Part shown: piece by piece, positions 42,044 through 50,878 of the stretch
Layout of the letters: each line of letters opens with the position of its first letter
How positions within the stretch are numbered: position 1 is the stretch's first letter
DNA from: an uncultured Acidimicrobiia bacterium
GTDB taxonomy: Bacteria > Actinomycetota > Acidimicrobiia > Acidimicrobiales > AC-14
NCBI GenBank assembly: GCA_963836205.1
Contig: CAWIIV010000017.1
Coordinates: 64,001 to 128,000, forward strand
Direction of reading: 5' to 3'
DNA: 64,000 nucleotides
Position numbers and translations under genes: made by a program
Notes under the pieces: model-generated
Seen by the model: the letters and a program-made list of their open reading frames with translations, nothing else
Told to the model about the DNA's origin: nothing
Database searches by the model: none

Positions 42044-42195
42044 CAGGGTGGTGGCGCCCCGAAGGGGGACAGCCGGCTCAGGTTACCAACGCCCGGCTCC
42101 ACTCGGCGGTGCAGGGAGGGCCGCCTCCAACGAAGCGAAGGCGACAAGCTCAGCCCGTCGGCGAGCCGGCCAACCGCGACGGGCGACAAACAACG

Positions 42196-42606
42196 TCACG
42201 TGGGGCTGGTGATGGCGATGGTCGGAAAGTACGTCCGATACCGAGACGGGTCGCGTGTGAGCAATCCCAGTTCGGCAACGGCGGCGTGCGCTCCAATGAA
42301 GAAGTCGGGGAGCGGCGAGGATCTCGTTCCGCGGTTGCGCCGGTAGTCGAGGAACGTCTTGCCCGCCAGGAATGCCGCCTCCCACGGCAGGGCCAGCCGA
42401 CCATAGTCGCCGGGCGGGACGGCGGCATCGAGGTCCTCGATGCGACTGAAGCGGACCGAAACCTCGGCATAGATGACCGGGTTGATGAACAACGGGCCGG
42501 CGTCGGCGGCCCGGGCCAGCGCGTTCGCCGACCACCCGAGCCAGACCTCGTCCTCCGTCAGCACGTCGAGAAGCACGTTGCTGTCGACGAGAGTGCCGAT
42601 AGCCAT
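42196..42606 (-). CDS. PIN-domain VapC toxin
   Basis: LVDSNVLLD, YAEVS, PDFFIGAHA, LLTRD. Confidence 0.92.
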   Translation of the reverse strand: MAIGTLVDSNVLLDVLTEDEVWLGWSANALARAADAGPLFINPVIYAEVSVRFSRIEDLDAAVPPGDYGRLALPWEAAFLAGKTFLDYRRNRGTRSSPLPDFFIGAHAAVAELGLLTRDPSRYRTYFPTIAITSPT

Positions 42607-42608
42607 CG

Positions 42609-42836
42609 TCACAGCTGCCGGGTCAAAGCCATGATCTCCTCGGTCGTAAGCGCGACGTCGCCTCGCCCGCGTAGCCGCTGGACCAGCCGACTTCCACGCG
42701 TCGGCCCCTCCGCCAGCTTCCGGATCACGATCGCGTCGTCGTCTCGGTGGAACTCGACTTCGGTTCCGGCTCCGATCCCGAGCTCGTCGCGTAGGCGCTT
42801 GGGGATCGTCACCTGGCCCTTCTCCGTGACTCGCAT
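42609..42836 (-). CDS. AbrB/MazE-type antitoxin
   Basis: MRVTEKGQVTIPKRLRDELGI. Confidence 0.92.
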   Translation of the reverse strand: MRVTEKGQVTIPKRLRDELGIGAGTEVEFHRDDDAIVIRKLAEGPTRGSRLVQRLRGRGDVALTTEEIMALTRQL

Positions 42837-42869
42837 GTAGGAAGACTACCGTTCCTACTCCTACCGACG

Positions 42870-43072
42870 GTGGGGACGGTTGACGAGCCCGCCGCCGGGC
42901 GCCAAGGCCGGGCGTTGGCGATCGTGCCCGACTCCACCCGGTCGGGGGCGAGCCGGCGGAAAGGCTCGAAGAGGTCGTCGACCTGGGCGGCGGGGACGAC
43001 GGGGCCCGAATTCGTGACTCGAACCCGTCCCGCGGGGCCGGTCTCGACCGTCAGCCATCCGCCGCCGGCCAT
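42870..43072 (-). pseudogene. remnant of a histidine kinase HATPase C-terminus
   Basis: GGWLTVETGPAGRVRVTNSGPVVP...LFEPFRRLAPDRVES closely parallels the kinase at 60130-60260. Confidence 0.75.
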
Positions 43073-43089
43073 TGGGGCAGCGGGCCGGA

Positions 43090-43475
43090 TCAGACGGCCG
43101 GAAGCGCCGGGCCCCGATCGCCACCCGCCCAGCGGAATGTCCACGAGCGGACCACGGGCCCGGCCGGGGGGACGAAGGGCCCGGCCAGAGCAAGTCCGGT
43201 GACGATGATCGCGGCCGCCAGCACTGCCACGGGGACGGCGGATGACCGGCGGGCGGCATCGACCGGCCGGTAGCCGTCCGTCGGCGCCGAGCCGGGGTCC
43301 GTCCCGACCTGCACGAGCCCGCGCCCACCCGTTTCACGTCGGCCCGGCGGTCCACCCCGCGGCCACAACGACGGCAAGGATGGCGAGCACGGGCATGGCG
43401 CCGGGGCCGACGGTGGACGACGGTCGGCGGCGGGGAGGCGGGAGGCGGGAGGCGGGAGGCGGGAGGCGGTCGCAT
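43090..43475 (-). pseudogene. degenerate second copy of the RGPP leader ORF
   Basis: YRPVDAARRS..VLAAAIIVTGLALAG.FVPP.GPVVRS...AGGDRGPALPAV*; N-terminus has frameshifts and a stop. Confidence 0.7.
43434..43468. repeat. (GGAGGCG)x5 heptamer repeat
   Basis: Five exact copies just after the start codon of the degenerate leader copy. Confidence 0.9.
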
Positions 43476-43746
43476 CAAGGGGTGGTGCCCGGGAGGGACA
43501 GCCAGCCCAGGATACCAACGACTCGTCCCGCGCGGCAGTGCGCCAGTGCGCCGCCATCCCCCGGCATGCCCGGCCCGACATCGGCGCCGATCGGGGTCCG
43601 CCAGAGCCCAGGTTCCTTCCCGTGGGCATCCGCGATCGGCGTTCAGTGGGCCGGTTAAGCTCGGTGTCGCGAGCTGGGGAGCGCGTTGAGGGAGGGGGGC
43701 GGGCGCCGTTCACTCGGATCGTGCGAATCCATGCCGCAGAAGCATC

Positions 43747-46026
43747 ATGGTCGGCGTACTGGGCGGCCTCGGGGTGTGGCGTGATGGCACCCCCGTGGCC
43801 GTGAGTTCCGGAGTCGCCTCGGTGTTGCTCTCCATGCTGGCCGTCGAGCGCCACCCGGTGACATCGAACGAGCTCCTCGACGTGCTCCAGCGTGTCGGGG
43901 TCAAGATCCGCTCCCAGGCGACGGTTCACACCGCCGTGTGGCGACTCCGGCGGGTCTTGGGCGACGATGCGCTCGCCGCCGCCGTCGGCTACAGCCTCAA
44001 CCGGGACATCTGCACTACCGACGCCGCCATCTTCGAGGACACGCTGGCTGATGCCCGTGCCAAACGGGCGGCAGGCGATCCCTGCGGTGCGGCCGCTCTG
44101 TTCGGCGAGGCGATCGCACTGTGGCGGGGCCCGGCCCTCGCCGAGCTCTCCGCCGGGTCTCACCGCTACCCGCACGCGCTCCGACTCGAAGAGCTGCGGA
44201 TCGGTGCGTCCGAGGAGTGGGCGGCCGCGCTGGCGGCCGACTCCCGTCCCGGCGAAGCCGTTCGGGTTCTGGAGCGGATCGTGCACGCCCACCCGCTCCG
44301 AGAGCACGCGTGGGCCCTGCTGATCGTGGCCCAGGATCAGGCGGGCCGGCGGGCGGACGCCCGCTTCTCTTTCGACCAGGCCCGTCTGCGCCTCGCCGAG
44401 CACGGCCTCGAACCCGGTTTGGAGCTCCTCGCCCGGTCCGCTCGGCTGGCCGTCCCCCCACTGGCCTCGGACGTCGACGGCGACGACCCTGGTACCCCGC
44501 TGCCGCCGATCGTGAAGGTGTTGCGCCGGCACCCCGTCGTGGGCCACCACGAGACGCTCGACATCCTGCGAACGGCGCTCGGATTGGACACCGCCGACCT
44601 GGGGACGTCGATCGTGCTGGTGTCGGGCCCAGCGGGGATCGGCAAGACGCGCCTGGTCGCCGAAGCGGTCGCCGAGGCGCATCGGGCCGGCGCGCGGATC
44701 TGGTTCGAGGTGACGGACTCGGGGTCGTGTGCTCCTCTGTCGCCGCTGGGGAGCTGGGCCCGAGCCGTGGCTTCGGGCCTGCCCCAGAGCCGGGAGCAGG
44801 AGGTCTGCCGCGGTCCCCTCCGCTCGCTTCTCCACCCCTCGGAGGCTTGGCCCGCTTCGACGGACCCCGATCACGAGCGGTGGGCGCTCTACGAGGCCGT
44901 GGCCGCGCTGGTTGCCGAGGTCTGCGGCCGACGGTCTGTGCTGGTGCTCGACGACCTTCACCGCGCCCCCAGCGACACCCTGGCCCTGCTGGGCTACCTG
45001 TTGAGCACCCGGCCGAGTCTGCCCCTGTGCGTCGTGTGCTCGTACCGGCCCGGCGCCGTCGATGACCAGTGGCTTGCCGCGCTCCAGGCGCTCAAGCGGC
45101 ATCCGGGTCTGACGGGCGACGTCGTGGTGCCCGCGCTCGATCGGCAGGCGTCCACCCAGCTGTTCGCGACCCTGAGCCCGAGCGCGGACGACGTTGAGGC
45201 CGACGACGACGAGCTGGCCGACCGCCTGGTGCGCGTAACCGGCGGGAACCCGGCGCTGATCCACCGCGTGGCCTTCGACGGGGATGCCCTCGCCCATGCC
45301 GTCAAAGGAGGCCCGCTTCCAGGGACGCTGGCGCAGGAGGTCGCCGGTCGGCTGACCGAGCAGCTCGACGCCGACAGCCGTTGGGCTGTCGAACTGGCCG
45401 CAGCCGCAGCCGTCGCCCAGCCGGTCGTCCCCGGGCGGGTGCTGGTTGCCGCGGCGGCGCTCATCGGGCGGCCTTCCGCGTGCCCGGTGCTCGACGGCGC
45501 CCGGAAGGCGACCAACGCGGGAATCCTGCACGAGGCGCCCGGGGTAGAGCATGCCTGGCACTTCGACAACGAGCTCTTCTGCCATTCCATCTACGAGTGC
45601 ATCCCCGCGCAGCACCGCGAGCGCATGCACGGCGCCATCGGCGACGTCCTCCGATCACTGCCCGACCCGGTCAGCGACGACCGGCGGGCGGAGCGGATCG
45701 CGTTTCACCTCTACCGGGCCTGGCCCGGGTGCCAGGCCGCGGAGGCGGCCCTGTGGTTGCGCGCCGCCGCCGAGCAGGCGATCGACCGGGCCGACCACAA
45801 GGGCGCGGCCGCCCTCGTCGCCCAGGCACTTGAGCTCTACGCGGGAGAGGCGACCTCCACTGCCGACCGGGAGCGGGGCGAGTTGTGGTTGTTCCTCGGC
45901 CGGGCACGGGTCGGTGCGGGCGACGGGCCCGGTGCGGCGATGGCCTTCAACGAAGCTGGCCGGCTGGGCCGGCAGTACGGGTGGCCGGACATCGAGGCCG
46001 CCGCCGTGGTGAGCGCCTCGAGGTGA
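43747..46026 (+). CDS. SARP/BTAD-AAA transcriptional regulator
   Basis: VLGGL, ALWRGPAL, HPLREHAW (BTAD); GPAGIGKT, VLDDLH, TGGNP. Confidence 0.85.
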   Translation: MVGVLGGLGVWRDGTPVAVSSGVASVLLSMLAVERHPVTSNELLDVLQRVGVKIRSQATVHTAVWRLRRVLGDDALAAAVGYSLNRDICTTDAAIFEDTLADARAKRAAGDPCGAAALFGEAIALWRGPALAELSAGSHRYPHALRLEELRIGASEEWAAALAADSRPGEAVRVLERIVHAHPLREHAWALLIVAQDQAGRRADARFSFDQARLRLAEHGLEPGLELLARSARLAVPPLASDVDGDDPGTPLPPIVKVLRRHPVVGHHETLDILRTALGLDTADLGTSIVLVSGPAGIGKTRLVAEAVAEAHRAGARIWFEVTDSGSCAPLSPLGSWARAVASGLPQSREQEVCRGPLRSLLHPSEAWPASTDPDHERWALYEAVAALVAEVCGRRSVLVLDDLHRAPSDTLALLGYLLSTRPSLPLCVVCSYRPGAVDDQWLAALQALKRHPGLTGDVVVPALDRQASTQLFATLSPSADDVEADDDELADRLVRVTGGNPALIHRVAFDGDALAHAVKGGPLPGTLAQEVAGRLTEQLDADSRWAVELAAAAAVAQPVVPGRVLVAAAALIGRPSACPVLDGARKATNAGILHEAPGVEHAWHFDNELFCHSIYECIPAQHRERMHGAIGDVLRSLPDPVSDDRRAERIAFHLYRAWPGCQAAEAALWLRAAAEQAIDRADHKGAAALVAQALELYAGEATSTADRERGELWLFLGRARVGAGDGPGAAMAFNEAGRLGRQYGWPDIEAAAVVSASR

Positions 46027-46272
46027 GTGACCGGGCGGACACGGGCCGGGGCCAAACGTCACCGACGCCGAGAACGAGGAGCCGCCGTTCCCGGTCGGTG
46101 ACGTTGGTCAGACCGACGGCCGGCGCCTGCGGCATCAGCGTCGAGGACCTGCGCTCCGCCGCCCCGCCTCGACTGCGGGACCGCCTTCCTGAGCCCTTGA
46201 CCGTCGGGTGACGCTCCGGGGCGCGGTCGAGCGGCCCGCGTCACGGCCGCCGAGGCTGCTCGAGGGGGCCGG

Positions 46273-47478
46273 TCAGGTCGAGGCGGGCACCGAGGCCAGG
46301 TCGTGGTCGGCGCGGAAGGGCTCCGGACGATCGCCGCACCCCAGGAGCCACTCCAACGCTTCGGCCGAGCGTTGCCCAGCCCGCCCGTCACCGTAGAGAG
46401 CTTTCCCGACTGCGCGGTGAACCCCGCCGAGGTGGCCGCCAAGGATCTCCTCCGCCGCCCCCACGATCCGGTCCGTCTCGGTTCCGACGAGGGTCGCCAC
46501 CCCTGCCTCGATCCCTTCGTTGCGCTCGGTGCGGTCCCGCATCACGAGGACCGGCACGCCAAGCGCCGGTGCCTCCTCCTGCACTCCCCCGGAATCGGTG
46601 AGCACCAGAGAGGCGTTCGCCAGCAAACGGGCGAACTGCGCGTACATGAGCGGGGGAGCGATGCACACGTTGACGACATCGGCCAACTCGGTCTCGAACG
46701 TCGATCGAACGGACGGGTTCATGTGGGTCACGACGACGAAGGTGGTGTCCCGGTGCGACGAGGCCAGCGCTCGTACCGCCGCCGCGATGCGGCCCATCCC
46801 CTCCCCCCACGACTCACGCCGGTGAGCCGTCACGACGACCACCCGCCCGCTCCCTGCTAGCGCTCGTTCGAGCTGGGCCGGCAATCGGCCGGGCTTGCCG
46901 GCTGCATGATGGAGGGCGTCGACCACGGTGTTCCCGGTGACGATCACCTTGGCCGGACTGTGGCCCTCGGCCAGAAGATTTTGCTGAGCCGAGACCGTGG
47001 GCGCGAGGTGCAGCGCCGCGAACGCGGCAACCATTCGGCGGTTGCCCTCCTCGGGGAAGGGGGCGGCCAGGCTTCCACTCCGCAGGCCGGCCTCGACGTG
47101 GACGACCGGAATGCCCCGGAGGAAGGCGGCCTGCGCACCGCTGAGAACCGAGGCGGTGTCGCCCTGGACGATCACCGCGTCCGGCTGAAGGTCCGCCATC
47201 GCCCGGTCGAGGTGCAGCAGCAGATCGGCGTAGAGCCGCGCCAGCCCGTCCTTCGGCCGGCGGGGGATGCGAAGCGCCAACGTCGGAGTGATGTCGAAGA
47301 GGTCCAACACGTCCTCGACGACGTCGCCGTGCTGGCCGGTCGTGACGATCAACGGGAGGACCCGGCCCCGTTCCCGCATCGCCAGTGCCACCGGAGCGAG
47401 CTTGATGGCCTCCGGGCGGGTTCCGATCGTCAGGATGGCGGTTCGCGTCGATGGGGACGATCCCGAGCGCCCTGTCAT
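46273..47478 (-). CDS. wecB: non-hydrolysing UDP-GlcNAc 2-epimerase
   Basis: GTRPEAIK, TGQH, QGDT, HVEAGLRS, TDSGGVQEEA, YGDG. Confidence 0.95.
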   Translation of the reverse strand: MTGRSGSSPSTRTAILTIGTRPEAIKLAPVALAMRERGRVLPLIVTTGQHGDVVEDVLDLFDITPTLALRIPRRPKDGLARLYADLLLHLDRAMADLQPDAVIVQGDTASVLSGAQAAFLRGIPVVHVEAGLRSGSLAAPFPEEGNRRMVAAFAALHLAPTVSAQQNLLAEGHSPAKVIVTGNTVVDALHHAAGKPGRLPAQLERALAGSGRVVVVTAHRRESWGEGMGRIAAAVRALASSHRDTTFVVVTHMNPSVRSTFETELADVVNVCIAPPLMYAQFARLLANASLVLTDSGGVQEEAPALGVPVLVMRDRTERNEGIEAGVATLVGTETDRIVGAAEEILGGHLGGVHRAVGKALYGDGRAGQRSAEALEWLLGCGDRPEPFRADHDLASVPAST

Positions 47479-50291
47479 CGCTCACTCCCCCCGGTCGGCG
47501 GCCGGTTCGGCCCGACGAGCGACGCCGGCTGGAGCTCGACCAGCAGCTCTCCGTAGAGTGCTTCAAGCCGCTCCTCGAGGAACCGCTCACCGCGGGCGGT
47601 GGTCTCGGTCAGACCCTCCTGCACGACCGCGAGCGCGTAGGCCTGCTTGCCCGACCTCCGGTAGCTGTCGGCCAGCAGCTCGACCAGCACCCCGCGAAAC
47701 ATCCGCACCCCGGCCCCGTCGAGGCGGCGGAGGGCGCGGGCCAGCCGTACTGCGCTGGCGTCGAAGTCGCCGTCCGCGTCGGCGAGGGCCCACGCCCGCA
47801 GGCATTGGGCGAGAGCGGACCAGGCGGGCATGTCGATGTCGAGGTCGTAGGTCGCGAGCCGTTTGGTCCAGGCCGCCACCTCGTCAGCGTCGCGTGAGAA
47901 TGCCCCGAGCATCACCAGTCCGAACAATGACACCGCCGAGCTCGACTCCGTGCCGACCCGAGCGGCGACACCCACGGCCTGGCGGCTCATCCTGCTCGCT
48001 CCGACGTCGTCGCCGGCCAGACCGAGGCCGAAGGCGGCGTACAGCGGGGCGGTCACCGCCGGCTGGTCGAGGAGCGGCACCGACAGGTCGAGGTCGCACG
48101 GGCCCACTCCCGCGTCGAGGACGGTTCCGAACAGGTCCCGGGCCGAGCCCGAGTCGCCGAGGTGGAAGGCGGCGACGCCGAGCGCCACCTGACTGGCGGC
48201 GAGCAGGTCGTCGTCGTCTCGGTGACTGGCCACGAAGGCGAGCTGGCCCCCCATGTTGCGGGCCTCGACGAAGTCGCCGCCGACGACCGCGTGGTCCCAG
48301 AGCCACGCCGCCGCGATCGCCGGCTTGTCGGCGGGCGAGAGCTCGATCAGCGACGCCCGAACCCTCTCCCGGACAGGCCCCAGCTTCTCGTTGCCGTAGC
48401 CGCCGCTCCTGGTCAGAATCTGCCCGATGGCGACGTGGACCCGGACGTCGAGAGCCGTGCGCTCGCTCCCTGGAGGCAGGCGCATGATCATCGCCCGACA
48501 GCGATCGAACAACGCTCTCGTCTCGGCACGGTCCAGCCGCGCGGCCGAGCGGATGGCCTCGAGCAGCTCGGCCAGCTCCTCCGCGTCACTGCCGGGAGCC
48601 GACACCACCGGGGGGCTGAGCGGGGCGGAAGGCGATGCCGCGGCCGTCGGGGGCAGGTGCTCACGCGCGGGGAGTGCGGAGACCAGCACGCGCGGCGGCG
48701 CTGCATCGGGCTCGGGGACGGTAACCGGGGGCCGGGGGCCGGGGGTGGGGGTCGTCGCCCCGGCGACCGGGGTCCCCGTGAGCCAACGATCCCAGAGGTC
48801 GACCAGGCGAGACAGGTGGCTGCCCGGCATCACCAGGCGACCGCGCAGCTGGACGACCCCGTAGGCCGCCAACGCGCCGAAGGGCAGCAACAGCGCCGTC
48901 AGCAGGTTGGCGACGGCCAGGTTGTGGGTCGCTCCGACGCTGCCTTTCATCGCCGCGACGGCCACGTACTCCACTGCGGCACACGAACCGAGGAGCACGA
49001 GGAGCTGCCCGACGGGCAGCCACTCCAGGGCATCGTGCTTGCGACTGTGGCGTTGGAGCGCCCGGCCGAGCCGGATGGCCATTCCCCACGCCACGGGCAA
49101 CAGGAGCCACGCGGCCCATCGCAGCGAGGGGAAGAGCACCGAGACCGCGCAGACGCGGCACGATCGCTCCTTCGCCGGCCCACCCTCCTCGGCTCGGTGG
49201 TTGCCGAGGTCGTTCGGACGCACGTCGGCCGCCTCCGCGGCAACCCGCCGGTGCAGGCCGATCAGCCTTCCCGGACGAGCCAGGAGGAGACGGGCGGCCC
49301 GGGCGACGGAGAAGTCGCGCCTGAAGACGGGGTAGTCGGGGTGCCCCGTGGCATTGCCGATGTCGTAGAACGAAGATCCTGCGAACACGCCCAGCGACGG
49401 CGGCAGGCCGAGGGCCACGAGGTCTTCGGCAGGCGGCTGATCACGATCGAGGACGGTCGAAAACACGAGGTTGTAGGCATCGGCCTCGACGATGGCGTCC
49501 GGGCGCAGAGACAGCTCGGCCACGCCGGCGACAAGGACCACGGATGCACACACGGCGGCCATCGCTCGGATCGCCGGCCGCTTCCACGGTGCCGGTCCCT
49601 TCACGCTGCGGACGATCAGGGCGACGGCCAACGGCAGGGCGAGCAGTCCGGTCGTGTCGTTCGCAGTGGCCAGGGCGACCGAGCACCCGCCCAGAACCAG
49701 CAGGGCCAGGGCGGCGGGACCGGTCCTGGCCGGGTTCCAGAGCCAGGCGGCGGACACGCCGATGATGGCCAGGAACGCGATCGGCTCGGTGTACATCGAG
49801 ACCAGATAGGCGGCGAATCCGGCGTCGGCGACCACGAGGGTGACGCCTACGCCGACGAGCAGACGAGCGCGTCGGCGTCCGGGGAGCAACGCCACCAGGC
49901 AACCGACGCCGAGACCCATGAGCCCGGCACTCAGGACCCCCAGCGTCCTCAGATCGAAACTAGGTCCAATCCCCGCCAGCTGGCTCACCGCCCGCGCCGC
50001 TCGCAGGAGCACCACCTCGCTGGACGGGTAACGCCCGGACCCCCAGCCGGCGCAGGCATCGACCGGCCACGAGTCAGGTGCGAAGTCCGTGACGAGATAG
50101 TCGAAGTAGCCGGTGGTGTCCGCCGCCGGCCGAGCCTTGATACCGACCTGACAGGCCAACCGGTCGCCCTCACCGTTGTCGGCCAGTCCGACACCCGGGG
50201 GCAGGAAGAGATGGAGGAGAACCACCAGCGCCGCCCCGGCCCCGGCCGCGACCGGCATGGGTAGCCGGCGCCATGCGGTCCGGATCCTCAC
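47475..50291 (-). CDS. polytopic membrane glycosyltransferase-like protein (WsfD/GT-C-like) fused to a helical-repeat domain
   Basis: GLADNGEGDRL after the first TM, SMYTEP, about 10 TMs, Pro-rich linker, helical C-terminus; GTG start overlaps the upstream stop. Confidence 0.6.
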   Translation of the reverse strand: MRIRTAWRRLPMPVAAGAGAALVVLLHLFLPPGVGLADNGEGDRLACQVGIKARPAADTTGYFDYLVTDFAPDSWPVDACAGWGSGRYPSSEVVLLRAARAVSQLAGIGPSFDLRTLGVLSAGLMGLGVGCLVALLPGRRRARLLVGVGVTLVVADAGFAAYLVSMYTEPIAFLAIIGVSAAWLWNPARTGPAALALLVLGGCSVALATANDTTGLLALPLAVALIVRSVKGPAPWKRPAIRAMAAVCASVVLVAGVAELSLRPDAIVEADAYNLVFSTVLDRDQPPAEDLVALGLPPSLGVFAGSSFYDIGNATGHPDYPVFRRDFSVARAARLLLARPGRLIGLHRRVAAEAADVRPNDLGNHRAEEGGPAKERSCRVCAVSVLFPSLRWAAWLLLPVAWGMAIRLGRALQRHSRKHDALEWLPVGQLLVLLGSCAAVEYVAVAAMKGSVGATHNLAVANLLTALLLPFGALAAYGVVQLRGRLVMPGSHLSRLVDLWDRWLTGTPVAGATTPTPGPRPPVTVPEPDAAPPRVLVSALPAREHLPPTAAASPSAPLSPPVVSAPGSDAEELAELLEAIRSAARLDRAETRALFDRCRAMIMRLPPGSERTALDVRVHVAIGQILTRSGGYGNEKLGPVRERVRASLIELSPADKPAIAAAWLWDHAVVGGDFVEARNMGGQLAFVASHRDDDDLLAASQVALGVAAFHLGDSGSARDLFGTVLDAGVGPCDLDLSVPLLDQPAVTAPLYAAFGLGLAGDDVGASRMSRQAVGVAARVGTESSSAVSLFGLVMLGAFSRDADEVAAWTKRLATYDLDIDMPAWSALAQCLRAWALADADGDFDASAVRLARALRRLDGAGVRMFRGVLVELLADSYRRSGKQAYALAVVQEGLTETTARGERFLEERLEALYGELLVELQPASLVGPNRPPTGGSER

Positions 50292-50878
50292 GCCATCGAA
50301 CCTCCGGCGATGACCGGCCGCGGCGACCGGAACCCCAGTTGGATCAGGATCCACAGGCCGAGCACGCCGCCGGCCAGCGTCAAGATCGATCCGGCCACGA
50401 TGTGCGACCACCAGAAGCCGCTCTGCTGGCCCCACAGATGGGTCGCCCAGGCGATCATGCTCACCCGCCCGATGTTCACGGCCGTGACGGCCGCCGCGGC
50501 CAGCGCGGTGGCGAACAGCACCCGATCCGGAGGAAGGCGCTTGCCGACGCAGACGAGGGCGGCGATGCAGAGCAGGGGTCCGATGACGAAGGCGGCCGAG
50601 CAGTCCGGGGTGATGAACAAGCCGCGCGCCGCCGAGGTGCCGACGGACCACATGAAGACCTGGTGGCCTTGCCAGTAGACCGTGTCGGTGCTGGTGAGCC
50701 AGCGAGTGATGACGGAAGCACCCTCGGCTTCGAGATCGCGAAACCCGCTGTTCGCCACCATGACGGAAACCGCGATGGCCACCAGGCCCACGGCCACCGC
50801 GACCCGCCAGACCAACGGACCCGTTTCGCGCGTCCCCGCGTCAGCGCCTGCCGACGGGTCCGGCGTCCTTTCCGTCAT
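50288..50878 (-). CDS. exosortase/archaeosortase family protein
   Basis: Hydrophobic 196 aa with ITPDCSA, VNIGRV and WSHIVAG (Cys-Arg-His triad pattern). Confidence 0.8.
   Translation of the reverse strand: MTERTPDPSAGADAGTRETGPLVWRVAVAVGLVAIAVSVMVANSGFRDLEAEGASVITRWLTSTDTVYWQGHQVFMWSVGTSAARGLFITPDCSAAFVIGPLLCIAALVCVGKRLPPDRVLFATALAAAAVTAVNIGRVSMIAWATHLWGQQSGFWWSHIVAGSILTLAGGVLGLWILIQLGFRSPRPVIAGGSMA

Noticed and set aside
46023-46211. Small plus-strand ORF overlapping the regulator stop
   Set aside because: No RBS, motif or clear codon bias.
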